Shown: positions 16,378 to 25,645 of the stretch, in pieces
Numbering within the stretch: position 1 is the stretch's first letter
Layout: each line of letters starts with the position of its first letter
The notes under the pieces: generated by a model
The model's database searches: none
What the model was told of the DNA's origin: nothing
What the model saw: the letters and a program-made list of their open reading frames with translations, nothing else
Assembly: GCF_054903095.1 (NCBI RefSeq)
Contig: NZ_CM142801.1
DNA: 32,000 bases
Reading direction: 5' to 3' (one strand)
Program-made: the position numbers and the translations under genes

Positions 16378-16389
16378 GTTAGAACCCTC

Positions 16390-18171
16390 TTATACGATAG
16401 AATGGGAAGCAAATTTTAAGGTTTCAGTTCGGTGTTGTAATACTCTTACCATCTGGCTTACCTCTTGTTCGACGGTTTTATCCACCCTTTGCAATACTGA
16501 AAGCATTTGTTCACGCGTTTTTGAAAGATTACTCATGTCCTGTTGTAAAATTGCCATGTCGGCAGAGTTTTCAGCAACACAATAATTCATTATCGATGTT
16601 GCTGTTTCACAGATAAGTAAGCCTATTTTCTCCAGAGCATTACTTATCTTGGCAATTAACTTCAAAACTACGACTGATGTTTGTATCATGCTGCATACTC
16701 TGTTTAATACCTTTATAATATTTTTTGAAACGGATTTAATAATAGATTCAATGGTTGATTTTATAGTGCTTGTTATTTCTTTAGTGACTTCTTCTGCGGC
16801 TGTTTTTGATAATGCAGAAACAACGGCCCCTATTGCTACAGAACATATTACAGCTGCACCAATCATTACTGTCGCCATGACAATAGAAGCGGCTGCACTT
16901 GCGTAAATACTTTTAACCAGTTCAATCGTATCTTGATCGACACCAATAACGTCCAGAAGCGCGGTGATTGCGAGCAGAGTGGGATCAACTGTTTTAATAG
17001 CAGCCGAAAGACCTTCTACAACTTTCCCTAAAATCCAGCCGGTAGCCGTGGTGCCCAGAGCGATTTGACAAGTGATATCTACACCTAATACTACTGCGCC
17101 CGCTATTCCTCCAATAAGTGCCAATGCACCCGCAATACTTGAACCACCACTTGGAACTGCAGCAAGAAGACCAACAACAATTAAGATTGCGCTCATGGCA
17201 ATGGTAGCTACTGTTACACAGTCATTAACGATTTTTAAAACTTTTGTCCATTTAGTATATTTACGCGCTGTTTCATTGAGTTTATTTTCCCTGACATGGT
17301 TAATCTCTTTCATTACCTCAGATTGATTTTTGATCGATTCGCAATTGGTATCACCAATAACTTCCATTACTGAGGTAATCAAAAGGATAAATGTGGCTGT
17401 CGCGTTTCTGTTTTTCTGGTTTTCCTGGGTCAGGCAAATATTGGTGGTAAAGTTATTAATCTGTTCTTGCTGTTGAATTTCGTCAAAAATCTCCATACTT
17501 TGGCCGATCGCAGCATCAGCATCCATAATGGCTGTATTTAACGATTTCTCAGCTAACGATTTTTTTTGTAATGACAGCGTGAGTGTTTTCTCAGCCGCAT
17601 TTTTTTGCGTCAGTACTTTATTATATTGCGGATCGCCAGGTTGCAGTTGCGACAGCTCTTGATTCAATGTATTGACTTTTTTCTCCAGCGATTGCACCTT
17701 TTTATCGACCGCATTGTAATTATTATTGGCCTGATGCATGATGTCGTCGGCTTTTTGCGCGGAATCTAATGACGAGGAGTAAGCGTTACTTAATTCACGA
17801 AACTTATTATGTGCCATTTCGTGTCGAAGCAGGGTGCTGTCAAGGTTATTATGCAAACGTGTTGTAATATCCTGATCGGCAATGCCTGTTAGATTACCCA
17901 AAATCATCGTCAGGCGGGCATCGTTCGTCTTTGCTGTAGTGGCGTTGTCTGAATCTGAAACCTGCATTTCAGGCGGAGCAAGCATAGGTTTGTTTTCAAG
18001 ACGAGTGCGAATATCGTTATCAAGGGACTTCGGGTTTTTATTAAGCCGCATGGGATCAACTTGCGTTTTGTTGCTGTCCTGCAGTCTTTTTTCCGCATCG
18101 CTATACTGTGTGCGCAATGTTTCGCTGATTTGTTCAAACGTGATCGTTTGTCCCGTAATCGGTGCCGACAT
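16390..18171 (-). CDS. eipB: Type III translocator pore protein, SipB/IpaB family
   Basis: 593 aa: N-terminal coiled coil (LNQELSQLQPGDPQYNKVLTQKNAAEKTL) then a long hydrophobic pair (VLKIVNDCVTVATIAMSAILIVVGLLAAVPSGGSSIAGALALIGGIAGAVVLG; IYASAAASIVMATVMIGAAVICSVAIGAVVSAL), typical of IpaB/SipB. Confidence 0.85.
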   Translation of the reverse strand: MSAPITGQTITFEQISETLRTQYSDAEKRLQDSNKTQVDPMRLNKNPKSLDNDIRTRLENKPMLAPPEMQVSDSDNATTAKTNDARLTMILGNLTGIADQDITTRLHNNLDSTLLRHEMAHNKFRELSNAYSSSLDSAQKADDIMHQANNNYNAVDKKVQSLEKKVNTLNQELSQLQPGDPQYNKVLTQKNAAEKTLTLSLQKKSLAEKSLNTAIMDADAAIGQSMEIFDEIQQQEQINNFTTNICLTQENQKNRNATATFILLITSVMEVIGDTNCESIKNQSEVMKEINHVRENKLNETARKYTKWTKVLKIVNDCVTVATIAMSAILIVVGLLAAVPSGGSSIAGALALIGGIAGAVVLGVDITCQIALGTTATGWILGKVVEGLSAAIKTVDPTLLAITALLDVIGVDQDTIELVKSIYASAAASIVMATVMIGAAVICSVAIGAVVSALSKTAAEEVTKEITSTIKSTIESIIKSVSKNIIKVLNRVCSMIQTSVVVLKLIAKISNALEKIGLLICETATSIMNYCVAENSADMAILQQDMSNLSKTREQMLSVLQRVDKTVEQEVSQMVRVLQHRTETLKFASHSIV

Positions 18172-18226
18172 AATTCACCTCCTTTTTAAGCTATCATCGG
18201 GTGTAATTAATTCTTTTTTATTTAAC

Positions 18227-18409
18227 TCATGGCAGATGTTTATTCCCATCTAAAATGGCATCAACGGGAAAGTAAGTAATGTGTTTATTGTTATTCTTCT
18301 CATTTATTTTATCGCCATGGTTATTTTTTAAATCAACCGGAGCTTCCTCATGATATTTCCTGGTTAACTCTTCAGGCGTAAAAGAAGATTTTTTTGCGTT
18401 TATGTTCAT
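18227..18409 (-). CDS. Small ORF (60 aa) between eicA and eipB; function unknown
   Basis: MNINAKKSSFTPEELTRKYHEEAPVDLKNNHGDKINEKNNNKHITYFPVDAILDGNKHLP starts 9 nt after the eicA stop codon. A GGAG lies 13 nt upstream, inside the eicA 3' end, and the spacer is otherwise unexplained. Confidence 0.55.
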   Translation of the reverse strand: MNINAKKSSFTPEELTRKYHEEAPVDLKNNHGDKINEKNNNKHITYFPVDAILDGNKHLP

Positions 18410-18418
18410 TTTGCCGAC

Positions 18419-18916
18419 TCACTCCGTTTGAACTTCCTCTTCGATATTGGCTGTCAAGAGTTCAAGATAAGCAGTAGCCATCTCTTTAATTTTTTCATTT
18501 TGGCTGTAGGTTACGACTGTATTAAATAACTCCGTGGCCATTTTAGTGTTTTTTAAGCCCATCTGGCACTGGCCCATATAATAAACCAAAGAGAAATCGT
18601 TATCGGGAGATAGCATTAAACAGATATGATACATGTCGAATGCCTTTTGATAATCTTTCTTCAACTGACAGACGGCGGCATATCCTTTTAAATAGTTATA
18701 ATTTTGGAAATCATAAATACAGAGAAATTTAAAAAAGAGTTCAGCTTCGTCAAGTCTTCCTTTTTCATAAAAGTTATAAGCGTAAGCATAAACGCCTTCA
18801 AGTGTATCCGGAGTAATGCCATGCAGCTCTGCAAGTGTTGCTCCCATACCTAGTGCACGTTCGAACTTACTGGCAATTTCTTTATTTTCTTCTAAATCCA
18901 GATTTGCGCTTTCCAT
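18419..18916 (-). CDS. eicA: Type III secretion class II (TPR) chaperone, SicA/IpgC/LcrH family
   Basis: 165 aa: GATLAELHGITPDTLEGVYAYAYNFYEKGRLDEAELFFKFLCIYDFQNYNYLKGYAAVCQLKKDYQKAFDMYHICLMLSPDNDFSLVYYMGQCQMGLKNTKMATELF is typical of SicA/IpgC. Strong RBS (AAAGGAGAGAGTAGAG-ATG). Confidence 0.88.
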   Translation of the reverse strand: MESANLDLEENKEIASKFERALGMGATLAELHGITPDTLEGVYAYAYNFYEKGRLDEAELFFKFLCIYDFQNYNYLKGYAAVCQLKKDYQKAFDMYHICLMLSPDNDFSLVYYMGQCQMGLKNTKMATELFNTVVTYSQNEKIKEMATAYLELLTANIEEEVQTE

Positions 18917-19217
18917 CTCTACTCTCTCCTTTCGAACATTCTTTGTGCAGACTTCACCATTTTTTAGAGGGTGGTGATATCAAAATTCGCTCATTTTTAT
19001 GCCCATCCGTTGGGCTTCCTTTTCTTCATTAAAAACAAGTATTGTTTCAATGAGATAAGATTTTCTATGTGATGAAATGAAAACAATGTAGAGGGAAATT
19101 CATCCGCAATCCTGATGAACGGGTGCAATTTTGATTGGAATTTGAAAAAGCAGGTGATTTACTGATGTGCGAGCGTACGTCAGCGGCTGCTGGCCTGAGC
19201 GCGGAGGTGTGCGAAAT

Positions 19218-19511
19218 TCACATATCCGGGCATTCCACCTTACCCAGCGCTTCCCAGTAGTTATTCTGATTATTACGCTCCATCGCCACAATAGCTTCGC
19301 GGATATGTTGTTTGTTATTCTCATCAGACAACATTAATTTTTCCCACGCTTCGTCTGATAATGACGCCTGTGGCGTGCAAATTTTACGTAAATCTTGCAA
19401 TACCGTGGTCTTTTCTTTTGCCGACTGTAGAGAACTAAATGGCGACTCGGCCTGAGAAATGGCTGGAAAAGTCAGGAATACGGTAATCATGAGTAGCATC
19501 GTAAGCTTCAT
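19218..19511 (-). CDS. yicS: YicS, small putative periplasmic protein (97 aa)
   Basis: Start chosen at MKLTMLLMITVFLTFPAISQAES (signal peptide). The track ORF (19218..19580) is over-extended. Next to nlpA as in E. coli. Confidence 0.85.
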   Translation of the reverse strand: MKLTMLLMITVFLTFPAISQAESPFSSLQSAKEKTTVLQDLRKICTPQASLSDEAWEKLMLSDENNKQHIREAIVAMERNNQNNYWEALGKVECPDM

Positions 19512-19720
19512 AGCTGCAACCTTCTGCAAATGTGCATCGAATGAAGCATAAGTGTAGTTTGCTTTTGCTGCTCTCATCATGCTGTACGAAAGGTGTTTGC
19601 GTGGTCAGTAAGAAGTGCCAGTTTTTTATACCTTTTTCTTCTATTCGATAGCTTTTCGTTTTTTAAATCGTAGTGATCTTGCCATTATAGTCAGTTAACG
19701 ATTAAAAAAAGGATAAAAAA

Positions 19721-20539
19721 GTGAAACTGACAACACATCATCTACGGGCGGGGGCCGCATTATTACTGGCAGGAATTCTGCTGGCAGGTTGCGACCAGAG
19801 CAGCAGCGATGAAAAGCACATTAAAGTGGGCGTTATTAATGGCGCAGAACAAGATGTCGCGGAAGTCGCTAAAAAGGTGGCAAAAGAGAAATATGGCCTC
19901 GATGTTGAATTGGTAGGATTTAGCGGTTCGTTGTTACCGAACGATGCGACAAATCATGGCGAGCTTGATGCGAACGTCTTCCAGCATCGCCCCTTTCTTG
20001 AACAAGATAATCAGGCGCATGGTTATAAACTGGTAGCGGTGGGAAATACGTTTGTCTTCCCCATGGCGGGTTATTCCAAAAAAATCAAAACTGTGGCGCA
20101 AATAAAAGAAGGCGCGACAGTGGCGATCCCCAACGACCCAACCAACCTTGGTCGCGCGCTTTTACTGTTGCAAAAAGAGAAGCTAATTACTCTGAAAGAG
20201 GGAAAAGGGTTATTACCTACCGCGCTGGATATAACCGATAATCCTCGTCATTTGCAGATTATGGAACTCGAGGGGGCGCAGCTCCCGCGCGTACTGGATG
20301 ATCCCAAAGTTGATGTGGCAATTATCAGCACCACTTACATTCAGCAGACCGGGCTTTCTCCAGTGCACGACAGCGTATTTATTGAAGATAAAAATTCGCC
20401 GTATGTGAATATTTTGGTGGCACGGGAAGATAATAAGAATGCAGAAAACGTGAAGGAATTTCTGCAATCTTATCAATCGCCCGAAGTCGCTAAAGCGGCA
20501 GAAACCATCTTTAACGGTGGCGCGGTGCCTGGCTGGTAA
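19721..20539 (+). CDS. nlpA: Lipoprotein-28, MetQ/NlpA-family substrate-binding lipoprotein
   Basis: 272 aa. Lipobox LLAGC at the signal peptide end; DNPKVDVAIISTTYIQQTGLSPVHDSVFIEDKNSPYVNILVARED is characteristic of the NlpA/MetQ family. Confidence 0.95.
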   Translation: MKLTTHHLRAGAALLLAGILLAGCDQSSSDEKHIKVGVINGAEQDVAEVAKKVAKEKYGLDVELVGFSGSLLPNDATNHGELDANVFQHRPFLEQDNQAHGYKLVAVGNTFVFPMAGYSKKIKTVAQIKEGATVAIPNDPTNLGRALLLLQKEKLITLKEGKGLLPTALDITDNPRHLQIMELEGAQLPRVLDDPKVDVAIISTTYIQQTGLSPVHDSVFIEDKNSPYVNILVAREDNKNAENVKEFLQSYQSPEVAKAAETIFNGGAVPGW

Positions 20540-20542
20540 TTC

Positions 20543-21466
20543 TCACTCATGCCGCGCCGGACGATTTATTTTTCTGGCGCGGCGACGAGAATCCATTGAA
20601 ATCAAAATCACCGATGACAGAATCAGCAGCGTTCCCAGCCAGTCCGGCAATGTGAACGTGATCCCCAGCAACAGCAAAGAGAGCAGCGCGCTACTTAATG
20701 GTTCTGCACAGCTCAGAATGCTGGCTTTTGGACCGCCAATGAGCTGTGCGCCTTTCAGATATAGACTAAAGGTTAGCGAAGTTCCGATTACCACCAGATA
20801 GAAAAACGCCAGAATCAGGCTGCCATTAACCACGAAGTTTGTTCCTTGCCCGGCATAGAAGGGCAGCAGGATCAGACCACCGATCAGCATACTCCAGCCG
20901 ACGACCGGTAACGTGCCATAGCGGGCAATCAGCGTTGAGGGATAGGTGGTATAGAATGCAGCAGCAAATGCCGAGGCAATGCCCCAGAATAACGCGGCAG
21001 GAGAGATCGATAATGACGTCGGATTACCGTGTGTCACCAATAAAAAAGTCCCGATCAGCGATGTCAAAATAGCGCAGAAAACCAGAATGCCCGGGCGAGA
21101 TTTACGCACCAGTGAGAACCAGGCGACGATAATCGTCGGTGAGAGGAATTGCAGCACCGTTGCCGTGGCAGCATTCGATTTTTCAATGGTTAGCAAAAAA
21201 GTGAGCTGTACGGTTAGCGCGCCAACCACGGAAAAAATCAGCAGACTAATGGCATCTTTGTGATTGTTAATAATAGAAAAGATTTTATCGCCATGAACAA
21301 ATGACAGCGTCAGCAGAATCAAACCGGCGAATATCAAACGCGTCATAGTCAAAAACTGCGACGACATCTGGCTTTGCTCCATGATGTATTGCGCGCAGAC
21401 CCCTGAACTTCCCCACAACACGGCGGCAATCAGAACGTTCAGCATCCCCTTTCTGGTGGAACCCAT
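20543..21466 (-). CDS. yicL: EamA-family inner membrane transporter YicL
   Basis: 307 aa with multiple TM segments ([25 protein letters not shown]...); gene order nlpA-yicL-setC. Confidence 0.93.
   Translation of the reverse strand: MGSTRKGMLNVLIAAVLWGSSGVCAQYIMEQSQMSSQFLTMTRLIFAGLILLTLSFVHGDKIFSIINNHKDAISLLIFSVVGALTVQLTFLLTIEKSNAATATVLQFLSPTIIVAWFSLVRKSRPGILVFCAILTSLIGTFLLVTHGNPTSLSISPAALFWGIASAFAAAFYTTYPSTLIARYGTLPVVGWSMLIGGLILLPFYAGQGTNFVVNGSLILAFFYLVVIGTSLTFSLYLKGAQLIGGPKASILSCAEPLSSALLSLLLLGITFTLPDWLGTLLILSSVILISMDSRRRARKINRPARHE
20551..20583 (+). terminator. GC-rich hairpin immediately downstream of nlpA, embedded in the yicL 3' coding end
   Basis: GCCGCGCC (20551-20558) ... GGCGCGGC (20576-20583), perfect 8-bp stem and 17-nt loop, 11 nt past the nlpA stop. 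Confidence 0.45.
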
Positions 21467-21576
21467 TTTTCCCTCTGCATACTGTTTTGTCGTTTATGTA
21501 TGCAGGCATGATAGCAAAAATGGCGAGGATGGCTCTGTTTGCGCCACGCCGATTTTTCTTAGCCCAGACAGGTGAG

Positions 21577-22761
21577 CTAAATATCTTTAATAAACAGCAG
21601 GCAAATCATCGCAATACCCAACATACCTATCGCCAGCCAGAACAACGCGTGGTAGCTCCAGATTTCAACCATAATTCCGTCAACAGAGCCGGCGATAATC
21701 CAGCCGACGCGTGAGGTATTTGCATATAATGTTGTCGCAGAACCTATTTTTTCAGGCATCAGGTCCTGAAAATAAAGCATGCCGATACCACAGAGAATAC
21801 CAAGGAAGATGGCATTTAGAATTTGCAATTCCAGCTCTACTGCCGGAGTCGTCGCCATGAGTACGCTGGCGTAAAAACACATACCACTCACGATAGCAAT
21901 GAGCATTAATAGTCGCTTGCCAATACGTTTCATGTAATAGCCTGCGATTAACATCATCGGAATTTCCAGACCGGCAGCGATACCAATCATTTCTCCAGCC
22001 AGTTTATCGGTTAGATGCAGTTCATCAATAATAAATAGCGGCATATTTATCATGTAGAGATTATTCGCCGCCCACATCATTGAACAGACCACAAAAAGTA
22101 GCCGTGTATCCCGCTTTCTATGGATGGAGGGTAAAATTTCTACGGGTTGGGTAACGACAGGAATATTTCTTTGTATTGATGGCAAAAACAACCAGACTAT
22201 CAGCCCGCAAATAACAAATGCGATGGCAGCGGTGAGATACATCACTTTAAAACTAAATCCCATTGCCAGCTCATAAGCGAGCGGTGGCCCGATAACCCAG
22301 GCAAGCGAGATCTGAGCACGTAAAAATGTACTGAACATGACCGTCTCACGACCTGTTCTGTCGGCGTGTTCACGGGCGAGGGCGAACATTTGCGGGTTTG
22401 CAGTGGAAGCAAAACTACTCAGAAGTACGCCCGTAGAGAGGAGAATGAAGTAGTTGCGATTCCACGCAAAAAGCGTGCAGGCCAGCACTCCAAATAAGCA
22501 ACATAGCAGGATCAGTAATTTACGGTCGCCTTGTTTATCGGAGTGCCTTGCCAGAAATTGACTGACCAGAATTCCCATAATAGCGCTACCGGTGAAGAAA
22601 AAACCTACCATTATAGGACGGGCTTTCAGTTCATCTGCGAGGAATATACTTAGGGTGGGAGTCTGGAGAGCGCCCGCAATACCAGTCAGAAAGGCGACAA
22701 GTAAAAATGCCGCGGCAGTGAGATCAAGTATTTTTGATGGAGTGGTAGCCGTTTTTTGCAT
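21577..22761 (-). CDS. setC: SetC, sugar efflux transporter (MFS)
   Basis: 394 aa, 12-TM MFS pattern; MVGFFFTGSAIMGILVSQFLARHSDKQGDRKLLILLCC is SET-family-like. Location next to yicL. Confidence 0.93.
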   Translation of the reverse strand: MQKTATTPSKILDLTAAAFLLVAFLTGIAGALQTPTLSIFLADELKARPIMVGFFFTGSAIMGILVSQFLARHSDKQGDRKLLILLCCLFGVLACTLFAWNRNYFILLSTGVLLSSFASTANPQMFALAREHADRTGRETVMFSTFLRAQISLAWVIGPPLAYELAMGFSFKVMYLTAAIAFVICGLIVWLFLPSIQRNIPVVTQPVEILPSIHRKRDTRLLFVVCSMMWAANNLYMINMPLFIIDELHLTDKLAGEMIGIAAGLEIPMMLIAGYYMKRIGKRLLMLIAIVSGMCFYASVLMATTPAVELELQILNAIFLGILCGIGMLYFQDLMPEKIGSATTLYANTSRVGWIIAGSVDGIMVEIWSYHALFWLAIGMLGIAMICLLFIKDI

Positions 22762-23149
22762 TCTTCTGAATCACCGGGCGACAAAATATAACTGAGTTAC
22801 AAATAAGTACCAGTCGAATGAGTATTATATTAAGAATTTTTGAGTATCGCTGATACAACCAGAAAGCAATGCTAGCGCAATATTATAGGGCCAGCAATTG
22901 AGATTATTAGCAAAAGCATGTTAAGAATTAATTACCGAATTTATATATTAATTATAGTAAGGCAATGAGCTATTTTTGATAGTAAAAATAAAACAAGTTT
23001 ATTTGATATATTAAATGAACAAATTAATCTTGATGGCAGTCTGATTATTGGTGAAGTTTATAGGTCAGTTTTTTTCGCCAGCGGTTAAAGGAATAGAATC
23101 ATCGTATAAAAAAAGGGTGTTCTGGGGCGTGTAAAACAACATCTTCACC

Positions 23150-23413
23150 TTAATGGCGATACAGTTGGCTGAGAGTCAGCAGGGGGCAAATCACCTGCAA
23201 ATAAACACGGCGCATGCTGGCGCGAATATCGCGGATGCGTTCGAGGACAGAAGAACCGACAGGCGGATTCTTCTGTCGCTCATCGTCCATCACAAATCCT
23301 TTGATCAGGTATTCCTGAAGCCGATTGAATATTGAGCAGATAGAAAATCTCTGGATTGACAGTATTACAAGGGGTTGGAGAACGTATGAAGAGGCATTTT
23401 GGCGGAAGATCAC
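23150..23413 (-). pseudogene. RhuM-family protein remnant (central fragment only)
   Basis: RLQEYLIKGFVMDDERQKNPPVGSSVLERIRDIRASMRRVYLQV matches the RhuM pattern (...YLIKGF.LDDERLKN...LERIRDIRASERRxYxxV...). N- and C-terminal halves are absent, with stops soon after. Confidence 0.7.
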
Positions 23414-23555
23414 AGGAGTCGAATATGAGTATTAATATATTGATTTTAAATGATTAATCTGTGTTGGATAAATGAATAACCCCCATAAGAACCCCCAAAT
23501 AAATTTGCGTGAGGGAATGAAGCTAAAATACATAATTGCATTCATTCTTAGAGCT

Positions 23556-24401
23556 TTATAATGAAGGTAACATTTCCGGATAGTGCCTGGCAATAATATC
23601 ATTTAGCCGATCAACCAGTTCTGGTTTCCTGAACGTGATGTGTGCGGAGCCCTTCTTAAAGTATCTGATGTTGAACATCTCATCTTCATAGCTCGCTTTG
23701 CCCTGAACGGAGCGGATGTGATCATCCAGCCGAATGATGATATTTTCCCGGCTGTCGGGGATCGGTTTGCCGCTGAACAGATGCAGCATTCTTTCCAGGT
23801 CGGCGAGTCGATCTGCCTGTTGCCCGGTGATAAGATGCAATCCCCATCGGTCCCACCTCACCAGATTGTTGACGATAATTTTACTGCCAAATTTACAGGG
23901 GGAGTTGGTTTTGTAATTCCAGCTCAGCCCTCTGAAGACGTTGATCACCCCTCGCTCAAACACTTCATCTTTGTTCTGGTGCAGTTGTTCAAATGTGCTC
24001 AGGATATTCGCCTCGCTGATTTCCGGAAAATTATCGTACTCCAGTGACCGGTACCATGTATCACGGGCCTGTGCATCCATTAATGACAGCATCCCTGAAC
24101 GTTGCATCAGGTCACGCCAGATTTCGCGGTCAAGGTTGCGGGTGATAGCTTTCATTGCGGTTTCCGTTTTCTCCATCAGCCAGCAGCCGCAGCGAAAATC
24201 CTGTTTCATGGCCCAGTCCCGGGCGGTTTTGCCGCCAATGCTTTCCGTCATTGCTGAGATTTCAGCCAGTTGCCGGATAAGTGTGTCGATTTGCAGCAGT
24301 GTACTTTTTCGTACAGCCAGAATGTGGCGGATACTGGTTGAGCAGATAACGTCCGTATGCCCGTTGACCACTTCCGGACGGGAGACTGTGATTGCAGACA
24401 T
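23556..24401 (-). CDS. DUF4942 domain-containing protein
   Basis: 281 aa (CSTSIRHILAVRKSTLLQIDTLIRQLAEI...NIRYFKKGSAHITFRKPELVDRLNDIIARHYPEMLPS). Usual last gene of CP4/Ag43-type island modules downstream of cbtA. Confidence 0.8.
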   Translation of the reverse strand: MSAITVSRPEVVNGHTDVICSTSIRHILAVRKSTLLQIDTLIRQLAEISAMTESIGGKTARDWAMKQDFRCGCWLMEKTETAMKAITRNLDREIWRDLMQRSGMLSLMDAQARDTWYRSLEYDNFPEISEANILSTFEQLHQNKDEVFERGVINVFRGLSWNYKTNSPCKFGSKIIVNNLVRWDRWGLHLITGQQADRLADLERMLHLFSGKPIPDSRENIIIRLDDHIRSVQGKASYEDEMFNIRYFKKGSAHITFRKPELVDRLNDIIARHYPEMLPSL

Positions 24402-24485
24402 AATCGATATTCCTTTTCGCAGATAAATGAAAACGCCAGCCCTGTTCAGGCTGGCGTCAGTGGAATGAAGTATGATGAATGAGAC

Positions 24486-24683
24486 TCACCGGTTCTGGTC
24501 TGGAAGCTGCAGCTGGCGCAGGGTACGGATATCCTCCCTGGCCTGTTCAATACAGGGCAACAGTGCTGCCGAATCCGTTTTATCTTCATCGTTGTCGAAG
24601 ATAATTCCCGATTCGCAGTCGATATTGTCCTGCAGCCATGCAATCAGAATATCCAGCGCTGTTTCCGTGGTTAATGATTTCAT
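24486..24683 (-). CDS. DUF957 family small protein (65 aa)
   Basis: MKSLTTETALDILIAWLQDNIDCESGIIFDNDEDKTDSAALLPCIEQAREDIRTLRQLQLPDQNR, likely start inside the track ORF 24486..24728. Confidence 0.8.
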   Translation of the reverse strand: MKSLTTETALDILIAWLQDNIDCESGIIFDNDEDKTDSAALLPCIEQAREDIRTLRQLQLPDQNR

Positions 24684-24694
24684 GTTGTTTCTGG

Positions 24695-25183
24695 TTACCA
24701 GTCGAAAGTGGGTAAATCCGGCAGACATTCGGCGCTGGCATCCAGATGAATGAGACTGACGCCATAACGTCGGGTAAGTGTGACAACCAGACGGCGGAAC
24801 GTTCTGGACAGGCCCAGGCGTTTAAGCCGCAGAACCGGGTATGACCACGCATCGGTACGTAACAGATATCCGCTGCCTGTAAAATGAATCCATTCTGATT
24901 CGCCGGTGTCATTCGTCTGATGCGACAGCGAGTACAGCCAGGCGTTGTCTTTTGCCGTGATATGCGCGGTACTGCAGCGTATACCGCTCAGGGCAGCAGA
25001 GGGGGGTATGCTGTCTGTTGAGGTCCGGTCAGATTCATCAACAATACGAAGGGAGTAGCCATTATCGCAGACCACGTTAATCAGTTCGGCAAGCTCAACA
25101 CCATCGGCGTCAACGACAATTCGCCCCATGTTCAGTGCCTGTACGTTAACGCTGTCAGCTTCCAGCGTCAGGGCCAGTTTCAT
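24695..25183 (-). CDS. DUF5983 / YeeW-like protein, full-length form
   Basis: 162 aa. Start codon overlaps the cbtA stop (ATGA). Same operon position as yeeW. Confidence 0.75.
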   Translation of the reverse strand: MKLALTLEADSVNVQALNMGRIVVDADGVELAELINVVCDNGYSLRIVDESDRTSTDSIPPSAALSGIRCSTAHITAKDNAWLYSLSHQTNDTGESEWIHFTGSGYLLRTDAWSYPVLRLKRLGLSRTFRRLVVTLTRRYGVSLIHLDASAECLPDLPTFDW

Positions 25184-25557
25184 CGTTTTGCCTCCGGATA
25201 CTTGCCCTGGGTAATGTTATTTACCATTCTGTAATTGTTCCGGGTCATCAGGCCGGTCGCCCTGCGAGCCCGGAGAATATCAATGCTGTTGATTAACTGC
25301 GACGGGGCTCCTGCGCTGAATCCCGGCTGGTCGGTACGTACCAGCGCGTATTTTTCAACGAGAAAGTTCACCGCATCACACAGTGAAATCCCTGCCTCAA
25401 TATGCTGCTCAATCACACGTTCATCAGCGAACGGTGTGTCATTCAGCGTGAGGCCATAGTGCTGGTCCAGCAGTCGGGACAGCAGTATCTGCCAGATTTC
25501 AACAGGAGACGGGCGAGAACTGGCCGCCTGCCCGGGTAATACAGGTAATGTTTTCAT
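25180..25557 (-). CDS. cbtA: CbtA/YeeV/YkfI/YpjF family toxin (targets cytoskeletal proteins FtsZ and MreB)
   Basis: 125 aa: [80 protein letters not shown]... is canonical for the family. Confidence 0.93.
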   Translation of the reverse strand: MKTLPVLPGQAASSRPSPVEIWQILLSRLLDQHYGLTLNDTPFADERVIEQHIEAGISLCDAVNFLVEKYALVRTDQPGFSAGAPSQLINSIDILRARRATGLMTRNNYRMVNNITQGKYPEAKR

Positions 25558-25645
25558 ACTGAAGATTTTCCTGATATGCAGATATAAAAATGGAAAAGTG
25601 GCGTGGTGAAAACACCAGGCCGTAGCAGAAGGCTATTCTGGAGAG

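Noticed and set aside
14313-17326. Plus-strand ORFs over the eip genes (14313..14588, 15410..15784, 16649..16906, 17072..17326)
   Set aside because: Antisense to well-supported eip genes, low-complexity mirror translations, no recognisable domains.
19100-19324. Minus-strand ORF 19100..19324 (74 aa) downstream of yicS
   Set aside because: Overlaps the 3' end of yicS in another frame, has no recognisable domain, and spans the accessory/backbone junction.
22762-23150. selC tRNA or integrase-att site next to setC
   Set aside because: I looked for the SelC tRNA sequence (GGAAGATCG...GATCTTCC) and an integrase and saw neither; they are presumably beyond 32000.
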